Notes: a model not told the origin generated them from the letters alone. 64,000 nt of DNA from Laetmonice hystrix (GCA_965235115.1 OZ249436.1:20958001-21022000), one strand, 5' to 3'. Shown: positions 27,343 to 38,915, counted from the stretch's first letter. A program made the numbers and translations.

Positions 27343-29539
27343 TAATTTTCTTTTGTGCTTCTTAAAGGTCACTAATGATACTAATATCATAATGAATAGC
27401 CTAAACAATGGGCTCTCAGTAAGCAGTGAAAAATGTCTCTCATGCATGAAAAAAACAACAAAAAAATTTTTTCTTTTGTCATAATTCCATTGGCGCAATC
27501 ACTTCTTTGCCTTTCCTGTAGGTTTAGATCTTTGTCACCGTACACTTGACCTTTGGTCGTGGCAATATGACACCGTATGAGAATCATACTTACACCCAAA
27601 AACCGCACGAGGCTGGGTGTTAGTTTCGCCCGACACCTGCACGCCGACGCCGGCTTTACCCCCATATATCCCTGGTGAAAAATACTTCGATTAAATAAAT
27701 CGGCATACTATAGGCTTAATATTCAACGGAGCAGTTACTTTAAATCGATTGACCACTTCAAAACGTCAATAGAATTATACGTCTAACAAAAAGCCTCCAT
27801 GCCAGCGACTGCATAATTGACAGTTTTAAATACACGGGGGATCATATGCTTAATGGCGAAATTTGTTCATTAACGTTGGAATGAGCTTTTCACACATTTA
27901 CCATTTGAAATTTAAACATGCATAGGTTTACACTGAATATGTTTATTATAAAAATAGAATTTAGTGAAGGAAAGAATCAGTGTTGACTTTCGACTGTTCA
28001 TATTTAGTACTCATCTGTCATGTGTTATAATCGGGATGATAATGATGATGGGAAGATGCGAGGAAATAGAACCAGACACCTGTAAAGCGCTGGGCCTAAT
28101 GGTGCGCTAGTATATGTTCGTTTAATTTTGTTTGGGGTCGGGATAATCTTGTTTCCATGTCAACATATCGATACAAAACGATGCACTCTGAGTCATATCA
28201 AATTGGTGTATAGGCGTAGCTATTCATGGGCCCATTGGCCGAGGTCCATACTTTTTTTTTTTTTATATACATTCATTTCCTTCAAATCTCCGGTATCGGC
28301 TTCATTAAGAACGGATGTTTGGAAGGCTAAAAGGGTCACATTAAATCACTGAAGGCAGTGTAAAGGTACTTAATGACAGCCCTGACGGAAAATCTGTAGA
28401 TCCACAGTGCCCTGCACAATGTTTCTGACCCTTTTCTTAATAATGGAATTTTGTTGAAAGAGTGGGAGAAATTTCTACTATACATATTATGAAAACCCGT
28501 CTCCAGCGTTCCTGTACAAACAGGAGACCTCGATAATGGACCACCGATTGTCCACCAAAAGGTGCCCCCCCCCCCCTTCCAGGAATCCTGGGGGGGCGTT
28601 GCACTAACGTTAGGACTGGTCCTACGTAGGACTGGGCCAGATTTTAAATAATTTTCCAAGACGAATGGTGAAGGTTATAATTTTCTTTTTAATTTCTAAT
28701 AGTGTCCTTTAACTAAACGAAGTAATAAACACAGTCCATACACATTTTAGTCTTAGACATAAAGGTTTTAATGAATGCTAAAAATTGGTCCTAAACTGTG
28801 TGTAACTCCCCCTTGGATCTACCACTGGTATTACTGTCGGGTTAGGTATATGTTTTACAATCAATCCAATTTTATACACTTACCTTCTGGAGCTGTTAAA
28901 ACCCAGATTCCGTCGGTGTTGTTGGTTTGAACAGCTACGAACTTGATTGATTTTGGTTGACTGTGAGCCCATTCAATAAACGATTTCCACTGGGTGCCAT
29001 TCCATGGACCTACTCCAACTCGGCCATTGTCCAACGACAGAATAAATTCCTCAAATTGAAAAAAACAACAACAACAAAAACACCAATGTTTCTGACAATG
29101 GCCCCTGCATTTCTTTGGACGTCTGTGGGAAGCAAAACAAAAGACTGAAAAAAAGATCGCTGGACCATAGCCTGGCCATGCTACTGACACCCTAATTTGC
29201 ATATCAAATGGCTTTCAGGTTATTCACTGCGCTAGCCCGCTCGTGTGAATGGGGTACATGTCGCTAGCATACACACATTGTGGGATCTATTGGGGACTCC
29301 CTTGGGATGCGTCTGAGGGCCAGCGACCCCAAGCGAGAGGACGGGAAACCACTCACGCAACGTCGTGCGTGCGTCGTATTTGAGCCTCAAGTTGGGCATC
29401 ATATTTGTAACATTGACACAACTAAATTGATTTGTAAAGGTTGTATCATCACACATCAAGTTAATTTGATACTTTTTCAATTGTATTTTGCCACTTTTGT
29501 CTATGAGCTATATTTTGGACAAAGCACTTTCTTCATTTT

Positions 29540-29752
29540 TCGTTCGTCGTTTTGCTTTTGCATTCGCCTTTTTGCTGTTGTATTCGTCGTTTTGATTTTG
29601 CGAACACCGTTTGTCTGTTTGTATTCGTCATTTTGCTTTTGTGTTCGTCGTTTTGCTTTTTAATTCGTCGTTTTGCTTTTGTGAACGTGGTTTCTGTATT
29701 TGTATTCGCCGTTTCCTATTTGTATTCGCCGTTGGCACTAACCGGCCACCGA
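29540..29752. repeat. degenerate ~20-bp tandem repeat, probably the subterminal array of a MITE
   Basis: About ten diverged TTCGTCGTTTTGCTTTTGTA-like units ending in GGCACTAACCGGCCACCG. Confidence 0.7.
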
Positions 29753-31949
29753 GCCGGGCTCCGGGCTTCGGTCGCAGTCTGGAAATAGACGCTGTTGAAA
29801 ACCTGACAGAAACCGTACATGACATTATACGATATGTGGACCTACACTGCTTGAATAGTAGACTGGGCACTCTTTTCAAAAAAATGTTTTCAAGCGGCAT
29901 TTTTGAGTAGAAGTTATATAACGATTGATTTCGGTCAATTTTGGGGTGTAAAATTCGAATCTGCCGTTATGTAAGCTGAAAAATTCCATTTAGAACGAAA
30001 AGATTCCAAAAAACAAAATGGCCGCCAAAAGGCCATCTCAGAGCCTGAAACGGTGTAAGAAAAGTAATAGACATTTATATATGAGGCAATCTTGACAGGG
30101 TTTAAACTGAAATATTAATAATTATTTGCAATGAAATGAGCCCTTAACATTTCTCAAATCTGGGAATGGATATTGCCACTTGGTTACCATGGCAACCAGT
30201 GCCACCATGTGTTTTTGTGGTATTATCATGTTTTCTTTAACTTTTGTTTATTTAAAGAATATGTATAGTAGGAGAAAAAATATGAAAAGTCAAGATGATG
30301 ACACTTCGGCCCAGTTTGAAACAAGGATATACAAGAATATGCAAAGACGTGTATTTTTTTTACATTAAGGGAATTGTTTTACATTAAAGGTTGCCACAAG
30401 GCTACCAATGCAACTGACGGTTTACATTCTGCCTTTTCCTCAACTGTTTAATTTTGTCCTGTTCCATAATGAAGAGAGAGACAAAACGATAGGAAATCAA
30501 TCTATATGAGTGATTTGGGGCAGATTTCTGCAACATGCCCTTATATATGCAACATGAACAACTGCGACAGCTGTATTGAACAAATTGTCTGGAAAGCGGT
30601 GTAAATGAGGTCTCTTCTGCCTCGTCTTAAGCACAGTCATTCTCAAAATTAGTTCCGACCTATTTAGTGCGGTGTCCTCTGGCGACATGACAGCGAAGCG
30701 TTTTTCGCATAAACTGAGGCTATCGTAATGGTCGTCTCGGGAAATTCGGGTTGGAACCATTGCGTTCCCTGTCCTCATCTGTTCTCACTGGTGTACACCC
30801 AGAAGCATATTGCCTACAACCCTCCTTCGATGGGAATTGGATTCTGACATGTCAACTAGGAATGACTCTGCCCTCATCACGACTTCCGCTGCGGTGATAT
30901 CGAAACACTTGTCACCACTTTGAAAGCCCTCTTTCATTGACAGATCGAAGGAGAGAGAGAGAGAGGGGAATGAAGGTGAGTATTACGAATGCGGAAGCTG
31001 CCACCAACATACCTCCAGATTACTGGGTGTCAGGTTTCTCGCCATCCTCTTGTTGTCGTAATACGGCGCATGCGCCGGTTACCGGTATTGGCCGACTAAT
31101 AACTAGCGGCGGTGTACCACAGTTGCATGAGCCGTTCCTCATATATCGAGAAGTCGGTCTTATAGCAGCAGTCTGTCATAATCCTCATCTATATATGCAC
31201 GGCGCCAGGTGCCATTCGTTTCAAATTTACTCTCCAGGGTAAAATGAAGGATACTTTGCTCGGTATTCTGCTCGGAGAGCTTCTACACATTTAATTATTT
31301 TTGCGTTTATTGCTTTTGGTGGCATCCGATATACAAAATACGCATTTAATTGCTTTTTAAAATTATATTATATGGTGTATATGAAAATTATATTCCTTTG
31401 TTCTTACAGTAAATTATTTTGTTGACGGTCGTAGTGTAGTAAATATTCGTGTAGGATCTGTTTTAAGAAGGCCACACCAACTCGATTTTGTTGATAAATC
31501 TCTATTGATCCGTTAAACCGAAATAGAAAGCAATAACAAAATTTCTTAACGATAAAAAAGACTGTCGACCAATTTGATTTTATTCTTGATTCCACGATTA
31601 AATTAATTTGTTCGATTTTTTAGGGGGAGGCTTATGACATAAGCCATAATTAATTAGCAAAGGTTAGCTTACATTCTAGCCGTCCGAGAGGTTGATAGTA
31701 GGGTCGTCACTAAGAAGATAGTAGGCCCCTAACGATGCTAACATAGTTACTGAGAACAAGAGTGGACGTCGTTGGATTCTGGAAAACGAATTATGAGCAG
31801 GAATATGTCAGAGCCACCTGGCGTTAAGATTGGACAACACCAGGCTGTTCCCCGGATGCCCCGTAGTTCAATCTCCCGGAGGACAATCCCCCTGGTCGCC
31901 TGTATATTGTTCGGCCCGGCCGCCTGAAGGGTTCAATCCCAACTCCGCC

Positions 31950-32172
31950 TGGATGGCTCAATCCCCCCTCTGCCTGAATGGCTCAATCCCCCCTCCGCCT
32001 CAATGGCTCAATTCCCCCTCCGCCTCAATGGCTCATTCCCCCATCAGCCTCAATGGCTCAATCCCCCTCCGCCTCAATGGCTCAATCTGCCCCCCTCCGC
32101 CTCAATGGCTCAATCCCCCTCCGCCTCAATGGCTCAATCTGCCCCCCTCCGCCTCAATGGCTCAATCCCCCC
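31950..32172. repeat. 24-29-bp C-rich minisatellite
   Basis: Unit TGGCTCAATC(TG)CCCCCTCCGCCTCAA, ~9 copies. Confidence 0.93.
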
Positions 32173-32453
32173 TTCCCTTTTGTATCTACGGATTGTCCTA
32201 CGGGGCAATTAGTTCTATGGAGCAGTTGTCTCACGGGGCAGTTACAGGGTGATTGTCCGTACACCCTTTTGATTGTGTTTAATTTTCCGAAGTTTAACTT
32301 TCCGGTTTCTGACTGACGTTTATCGTTGCTAACATGGTCACAGGGTGCTCTCTTCGGTCTCAAGGACGGCCTGCCGTTCTTGTCTCCCAGGGTTCTGTCA
32401 TTGCCGTTCGCACCTAAATTAGTCCCGTCATCAACGACTGAGACTCGCCCACG

Positions 32454-33037
32454 CATTCGGGATTCCCTCGGGCATATGACGTCACTTCCTGCTATTCGAA
32501 TATACCATCGGGTGGATTAGTGGCCATGTTTGGCAACCGGATACATGGCCAAATGGAGGTGTGTAGCGAGGCACTGAGTGAACCGTCATATCCCATCGAG
32601 CCAGGAAGTAATGCATTATTGACACCTGCTCCTTCGGCGTTGTATGTGCAATTATAAATTTCTGGTATGAAGGGGAACGTTTGAAGAAGAAAAATGAATC
32701 ACCTAATTTACCTAAATGGGAGTCAATACGGTAATTTATCAAATTATGGGAAGCAATATGGCCGCGCCCATGAACGACAACTGTACGACACATGGTAGGA
32801 CTACTTGTAATTTAAGTTGTATCATGAAGACGATACTATCGTAATATTGCCGACTGACTTCGGGCAAAGCATTGTAGGCCTATTTTAGTTGCTTCCGTGC
32901 CTGATGCAGACAAAATACTGCAAGCACTGCCATGCTGTCGAGAGTCCTGGCTAAATGTACCCGCGATGCAATGCTCAATATGGCACCTATTTCACCCGAG
33001 GCTACTTTCGAAGATATGGCCGAGGGAATCCCGAATG
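32454..33037. mobile_element. 584-bp MITE with 9-bp TSD (Mutator/MULE-like)
   Basis: Perfect 18-bp TIR CATTCGGGATTCCCTCGG / CCGAGGGAATCCCGAATG; TCGCCCACG duplicated at 32445-32453 and 33038-33046; a related partial copy lies at 60144-60552. Confidence 0.88.
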
Positions 33038-33316
33038 TCGCCCACGGTCTCTAAATCCACATGAACAACACACATGAACCCACTTTAATATATAAAGTAA
33101 AGATTACGTGGCTTTCACTAAGTTCTTTTTCAATATTTGGTTCAACAGAACTTCGTATCCAGTTGATACGTCTAATTTCGAGATCACCTTTAACGATAAA
33201 CAATATTAGTAACTGTTCACTTAGTTCATATAGCCTAACCTTTTACCTTTCTCAATAAAAGTAGCCCTTTTTCTGTTCATTTATCTAAAAAAGATTAATG
33301 ATAACAAATCGCCCAG

Positions 33317-36300
33317 GGCCCTGTTTCATAAACCACGACCAAAAAAGAACGATAATTCTTAAAAAATCGTAGCAGGAACGATAATCGTTACGATATATCG
33401 TCGGTTCCGTTTCATAAAGTGCATCGTTGAAGAAAATCAAAATCGTTACATATTTGAAAATCGTTCCTCGTCGACCCTGGGTAAGACAACCGGGAACCAG
33501 TTGAATGAACTGAATAGTGACGTCAGGAGGGGAATTCCGGGAATACCCCCTTGACACATGCTTGTTCTGCCGTATGTACATACGTTCGTATGTCCGTAGA
33601 CAGCGATTTCTCATAAGTGTATGGGTCGATTTCTTTAAAACTTCACACAATGATCAGGGATAATCTGAGTATGATGCACGTCAAACAGATTTTTGATATC
33701 ATTCAAAATGGCCGTTTGGCGGCCATCTTGGATGTAAACACATTTTCATCAATATCTCAGCCAAAACAGTCACGATTTCTTTCGAACCTGGTCCAGGGAG
33801 GAGGCATAATGATGGCCAATATGCATCGCAATACAATTTCAATTCAGATTCAAAATGGCGACATGGCGGCCATATGTGTTTCTTGACCCCCCACAATGAC
33901 ACTGTTTTGGCTTATATCTCGAAAACGGTGCAAGATGACGCAATAGTTACTATTACTGATAGATAGGAAGTCATATATGAAGTTTCATTTGGCGCCATTT
34001 TCCATGACCTTGAGCGACCTTGAAAGGTCAATCAAGGTCATGTAGATTTTCAATAGCCTGGATCTTTAAAACAGTTGACGATAACAACATAATCTTGCAT
34101 GAAACATTACATAATGATCAGGTACAGTCCAAGGTAGAGGCAGGTCAAAGATATTTTTGACATCAGTCAAAATGGCCGCGTGGTGGCCATCTTGGATATA
34201 ATCACATTTGGAGCAATAACTCAGACAAAACGATCCCGATTTCTTTCAAATTTGGTAGAAAGAAGGTGCATATGAGGGGCAATGAATATGCCAATGTATT
34301 CTCAGATCAGAGCAAATATGGCGACATGGCGGTCACAGTAATATTTTTTACTCCCCCATAACACTGTTTTGGCTCGTATCTCGACAACGGTGCAAGATAA
34401 GGCAATAGTTACTAGTATTGACAGATAGGAAGTCATATATGAAGTTTCATTTGGCGCCATTTCCCATGACCTTGAGCGACCTTGAAAGGTCAATCAAGGT
34501 CATGCAGATTTTAATGGCCTGTACCTCCAAATCTGTTGAAGATAACAAGATCTAATCTTGCATGCAACATTACATAATAACCAGGGACAGTCTAAGGAGG
34601 ACACAGGTCAAACATATCATTAAAAATGGCTGCTTGCTGGCCATCTTGGATATGAAGAAATTCGAAACAATAACTCTGACATTTTCTGTCCTTCTTTCTT
34701 GGTGACAGAAGGCATGAGGGGCAACAAGCGTGCCAAAAGTACACATAGTTCCTGGACCCACAGATAATTAGTCCCTACTCAGTTAGTGGGCTGTGACTCT
34801 GACGGGGTCTGGTGAAATTTACTAATTTTAGTAAAAATTGAGAGAGAAAATCATGAATTTCCATGAATTTAACTAACCTCTAAAGGTCAATCAAGGTCAA
34901 GCATATTTGCAATTGCCTGTATCTAGACAAAACACTTCACGTCGGACAACACTATCAAATTGTACATAACTGCATAGTTACTATAAGATGCGGACGAAGT
35001 ACATACGAAGTTTCCTTTGGCAATATTTTCTTTGCCCTTTAAAGATCAATTGAAGTCGTGCATCGTTTCTTCAAGAATCCATAGTTCTTGGTGGGGGCTA
35101 TAAGCTTCACAAGCTTGTTTATAATGGGCTGGTATGGTAAAAAAAAACATAAGTAGTTGGGCGACCAAGTATTTCTACTGAATGGAAAACACTACACCGT
35201 ATAGATCTAGTAGATACCTAGCTAGGGCTAGTACTAAGACTTAGTGCTTGTTATCCGGTAAATAAAGGATAAAATCATGTAGGCCTACATTGTAGGCATA
35301 CATGTCTTATGTTTTGCCCTCCACAAGAAACCCCATGTCCCGGATGTTCCCAGTAAAGAACACAAAGAACACAAAGAGAAGAAAAAGTCATCATCTCCCA
35401 AGATAAAGCACAAGATGAGAGAGGCACAGTATGGACTCCCTCAATATCCGTCACCTCCCCTACGGCCCGGCTAACGGTGGGCTTGCTAACGCCCTAGAGG
35501 CCGCTCAGAACTCTGTAGTTGGGCCCTGTCGCGTAGTAGCACAGGGCCAAACACATCTCCAAAATGAGGAAGGGGCTATTAACATATTTTTTGGTGAGTT
35601 AGTTTTAGGCCTACACAGCTGATATAGGCCTCTTAATTACTTTAAGACGAATTACCCTATTAAAGAAGTATACCTTACTTATTTCTAAGTAATACATTTG
35701 GGAAATTTTTACAAATTCAAGCTTTGACTATATTCATGATACTACTTGGATCGCCAGACGTTGAGCAAAACGGCGAGTCTTCATGTTCTTGAAAGGGCGA
35801 TCACTGACTCCTTGTCCAGCCGATACCGTTTCTCGAATAAGTCGCCGTCAAACCTATTAATTGGGTCTATTCGCGCGAAGAACCATCTCCGTCTCCCCTC
35901 CATAATTCACGGTTGAAGTAAAATTCCGCAAAAATTCACTTATTTCGCGCCTTTATATTATTCTACAACAACCCTCGGTGTGGTCGTGGCCAACGATTTT
36001 CTTTCGAGGAAATAACGATATGTTTCACGAATAAGTCACCGTAAAACCTAGTATTAATTGGGTTTATTCACGCGAAGAACCACCGACGCCTCCTTCTCCT
36101 CTCCATAAATGACGGTTGTAGTAAAATTTCGCCAAAATTCACTCATTTCGTGTTTTTATATTATCCTACGACAACCCTCGGGGTGGTCGTGGCCAACGAC
36201 TATTTTCGAGGAAATAACGATTGAAAAAAAGCCAAGAACGATTTTATGAAACACTTGAGCGATTTTTCATTTGGTCGTGACAAATTTATCGTCCTTCGAC

Positions 36301-36386
36301 AAGAACGATCTTTTATGAAACAGAATCTATCGTATATCGACAATATGATTAAATCTAAAATGTAAGATTTTTTATGAAACAGGGCC
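33317..36386 (+). mobile_element. 3070-bp non-autonomous PIF/Harbinger-like DNA transposon, copy 1
   Basis: Perfect 16-bp TIR GGCCCTGTTTCATAAA / TTTATGAAACAGGGCC; CAG duplicated at 33314-33316 and 36387-36389; no transposase ORF; ~190-bp subterminal duplication at 35830-36220; two more copies in the window. Superfamily inferred from the 3-bp CWG TSD and GGC-starting TIR. Confidence 0.9.
33510..35120 (+). mobile_element. HINE/DINE-like (non-autonomous Helentron-type) segment carried inside the Harbinger-like element
   Basis: GTATGT/GTCCGT simple-sequence tract near the 5' end; ~460-bp internal duplication with AAAATGGCCG...GGCCATCTT and TGACCTTGA...TCAAGGTCA palindromes; 3' GGGGGCTATA followed by a short stem-loop AAGCTT-CAC-AAGCTT. 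Boundaries approximate; family assigned by pattern only. Confidence 0.55.
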
Positions 36387-36406
36387 CAGGACGCTGAGTC
36401 GTAATA

Positions 36407-36681
36407 CGGAACCCTGTTGGGGACATGAAGAGAAAAAATGTTGTGGTGATCTCGATATTACCACTTAGTGACGTCATTAACTCGTTATTAAGACTTAATG
36501 ACATCACTAAGTCGTTATTACGAGATCACCACAAAATGTTTTCTCTAAAACGAACGCGATTAACTCGTAATAACGACTTAGTGACGTCATTAAGTCGTAA
36601 TAACGAGTTAATGACGTCACTAAGTGGTAATTTTGAGATCACCACAAAAGTTTTTCTCTTCATGTCCCTAACAGGGCTTTG
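36407..36681. mobile_element. 275-bp fold-back MITE with TA TSD (Tc1/mariner-like)
   Basis: Arms of >100 bp: CCCTGTTGGGGACATGAAGAGAAAAA... / ...TTTTTCTCTTCATGTCCCTAACAGGG; TA on both sides; internal subrepeats contain TGACGTCA. Confidence 0.85.
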
Positions 36682-36767
36682 TATCTTAAAACAATTTAAG
36701 TTTAAATAAAATAATATTTGTATATTTTTACCTATATTTCAGAGATTTTTTTCTTCAGAAAGAGAAA

Positions 36768-36825
<58 letters not shown>
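36768..36825. repeat. (GA)n microsatellite
   Basis: Near-perfect GA run. Confidence 0.97.
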
Positions 36826-36828
<3 letters not shown>

Positions 36829-38112
36829 CCTGCCTTACGACCATGGTTCTACGAGCTGCCATACTATGAACACAATGGAAGCATCCAAGATTACTTAAAC
36901 CAAGACGCCAGAGTCTGCTGAAAACCCTACACTAAGCAACCAAGTTAATAATTAAAGGTGCAAAAATGTGTTGTGTTTACAGAAAGAGACAAATCAAGAC
37001 AGAAGAAGAGCACTTATCATCACTGCTGCGAAAACATATTCCCGTGAGGAACAAACTGCATAATAACAAGGCAGACTAACTGTAATGTAGCTTCACAATG
37101 GTGCCACTCATATCCAGAGAACAGTATATTTATTCCCTACAAAAAAGTAGTGTCATATTTATTATTTTACGTCCCTACGTTGACTTTCCGTGGCTTTACT
37201 TGATCTGAACCATCGACGACCACTAAAAGAATATTTGAATTTGACCGAGAAAATACAGTTTGACAGTGACACCTCTTTCATGTTATGACGTCATTTCACC
37301 TCACCTGATGACGTCATGCAATAGGAATGAGATCCATCGTGTTGCACCAAGACATGTTTAGTTTGCACAATGTGGGGTAGGGGATTACAAATTGACACTG
37401 ACAGTTTTAAATGCACCGGGTGTATCGTATGACGACGGTTTGAATGAATACAAGTATTAAACATTCGTAGAAACGACTTCGTTTTTTTTCACGAGAGGCA
37501 CACTTAACATACTTGTTTACATCTTGATAGTTATTCCAAAGATAGTCCAGGACGATGATGAAATTACTTCGTACCATATATCCATATAGCCTACCATTTA
37601 AATAGTCTATATACCGGGCTCATTGTGCATCACTCGACAACTCGACAAGGCAAACGGTTATCTAATCACATCGGAGTTCATGCTACAAACGGGTATTTTC
37701 CAGCAACAATGTTTTGATGAGGGGAGCTGGACTGATGAATGAAGAAAACGAAGCTCGAACGATCGAACGCGACACAACGGTATTACATGACAACGCGAAA
37801 TATTCTCCATAACCAGGGCTGCAGGCCTTAATCACCATAATTACGGGATTGATTGATGTGTAGCTGAAACAATGGCCGTCACAATAATTGTCTAGTTAGG
37901 TCAGTATGAAGAGACTTAACCTTGACGTCGGTCTATAGTCGCGAGGCGATAATGATGATACCTTTTCTATAATTATATCATTGATTCCAATGATATGAGG
38001 TTGCCATCAGTGACATGACTGGAACCACGAATGTAACGTCGCTGAGGTCTCGTCACAGTAGACGCAATCAGCGTCATGTTAAAGGCTTTCCTACGTCTGT
38101 CAAATTATGACG

Positions 38113-38219
38113 TCATAACCGTGTTACCATGGTAGTATTGCGGAAGGAGGAATCTCGACGCCAGCTGATAGAAGTTCGAGTGGCAGGTGTTCTGCGTATT
38201 CCAAACAAGGCTAAAAATC
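38113..38219 (-). CDS. GPCR gene A, last coding exon (end of helix 8 and C-tail)
   Basis: Acceptor CCTTTTGATTTCAG| then (G)GA TTT TTA...: GFLALFGIRRTPATRTSISWRRDSSFRNTTMVTRL*. Phase 1 matches the preceding donor; Ser/Thr-rich tail. Too short for the ORF track. Confidence 0.82.
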
Positions 38220-38510
38220 CTGAAATCAAAAGGTTATTCATCGTAACTCATTTAACATTATCCTTCAGAATATGTCCATTGCTGCAAAAATTAAAACTGA
38301 ATTACACTAAGTACTTTTTTAAAGAATCATCACAATCGTTTTCTTTATATCATGATTCACGTTAATTTCTGATGACATGAAATTCATGATTTGCGGAGTC
38401 AAATTGTATTTTAACGTATAAATTCTATTCTATAACGAAACCGAGCTCCTTCAGATGACGTATACAATTCCATTTTTACAGCTATCCCTCAGAAGACAAT
38501 TCACAAATAC

Positions 38511-38619
38511 CTGTTTTAAATTTTTCGTTGAATCCAGCATATATGATGGGATTCAACGCAGAATTGATGTAAGCCATAAAGGTCGCAATGTACTGAAACG
38601 TTGTGTACCATTGTGGAAG
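38511..38619 (-). CDS. GPCR gene A, TM7 exon
   Basis: Acceptor TTTTTCTTTGTTGTAG| then LPQWYTTFQYIATFMAYINSALNPIIYAGFNEKFKT(G), containing NPxxY; donor ACAG|GTATTT, phase 1. Confidence 0.93.
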
Positions 38620-38810
38620 CTACAACAAAGAAAAACATAAAACCATAAAATACATTTTGACATTCAACAGCATGTTGGAGGATATCTGGTTACGAATATC
38701 TATGTGTAGGCTTATAATATATATTAGGCCTATAGAGTAGAGCCTCCCTTATACAAATCTGTACGTCAATACACGTGAGCAATGTTTAATCAATGAGCTT
38801 CGGGTACCAC

Positions 38811-38915
38811 CTGATGGTGTTGGCTGCCGCGGTACTCGGAGAAGAGTATTGAAGCCTGCAAGGGCAGCCAACATATGATGAACAATGCAAGCAAGACGAC
38901 CAGCATGACCACCAC
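38811..38915 (-). CDS. GPCR gene A, TM6 exon
   Basis: Acceptor GTTTCTCGTTCCAG| then VVVMLVVLLALFIICWLPLQASILFSEYRGSQHHQ, containing CWxP; phase 0/0. Donor CAG|GTGGTA, or 3 nt later GTG|GTACCC (end 38808). Confidence 0.92.

Noticed and set aside
35431..35622. MDSLNIRHLP... ORF and other ORFs repeated three times (e.g. 34570-34761, 33617-33886, 49634-50020)
   Set aside because: They recur only because the transposon is triplicated; short, no recognisable transposase or Myb motif, and some are broken by indels between copies.
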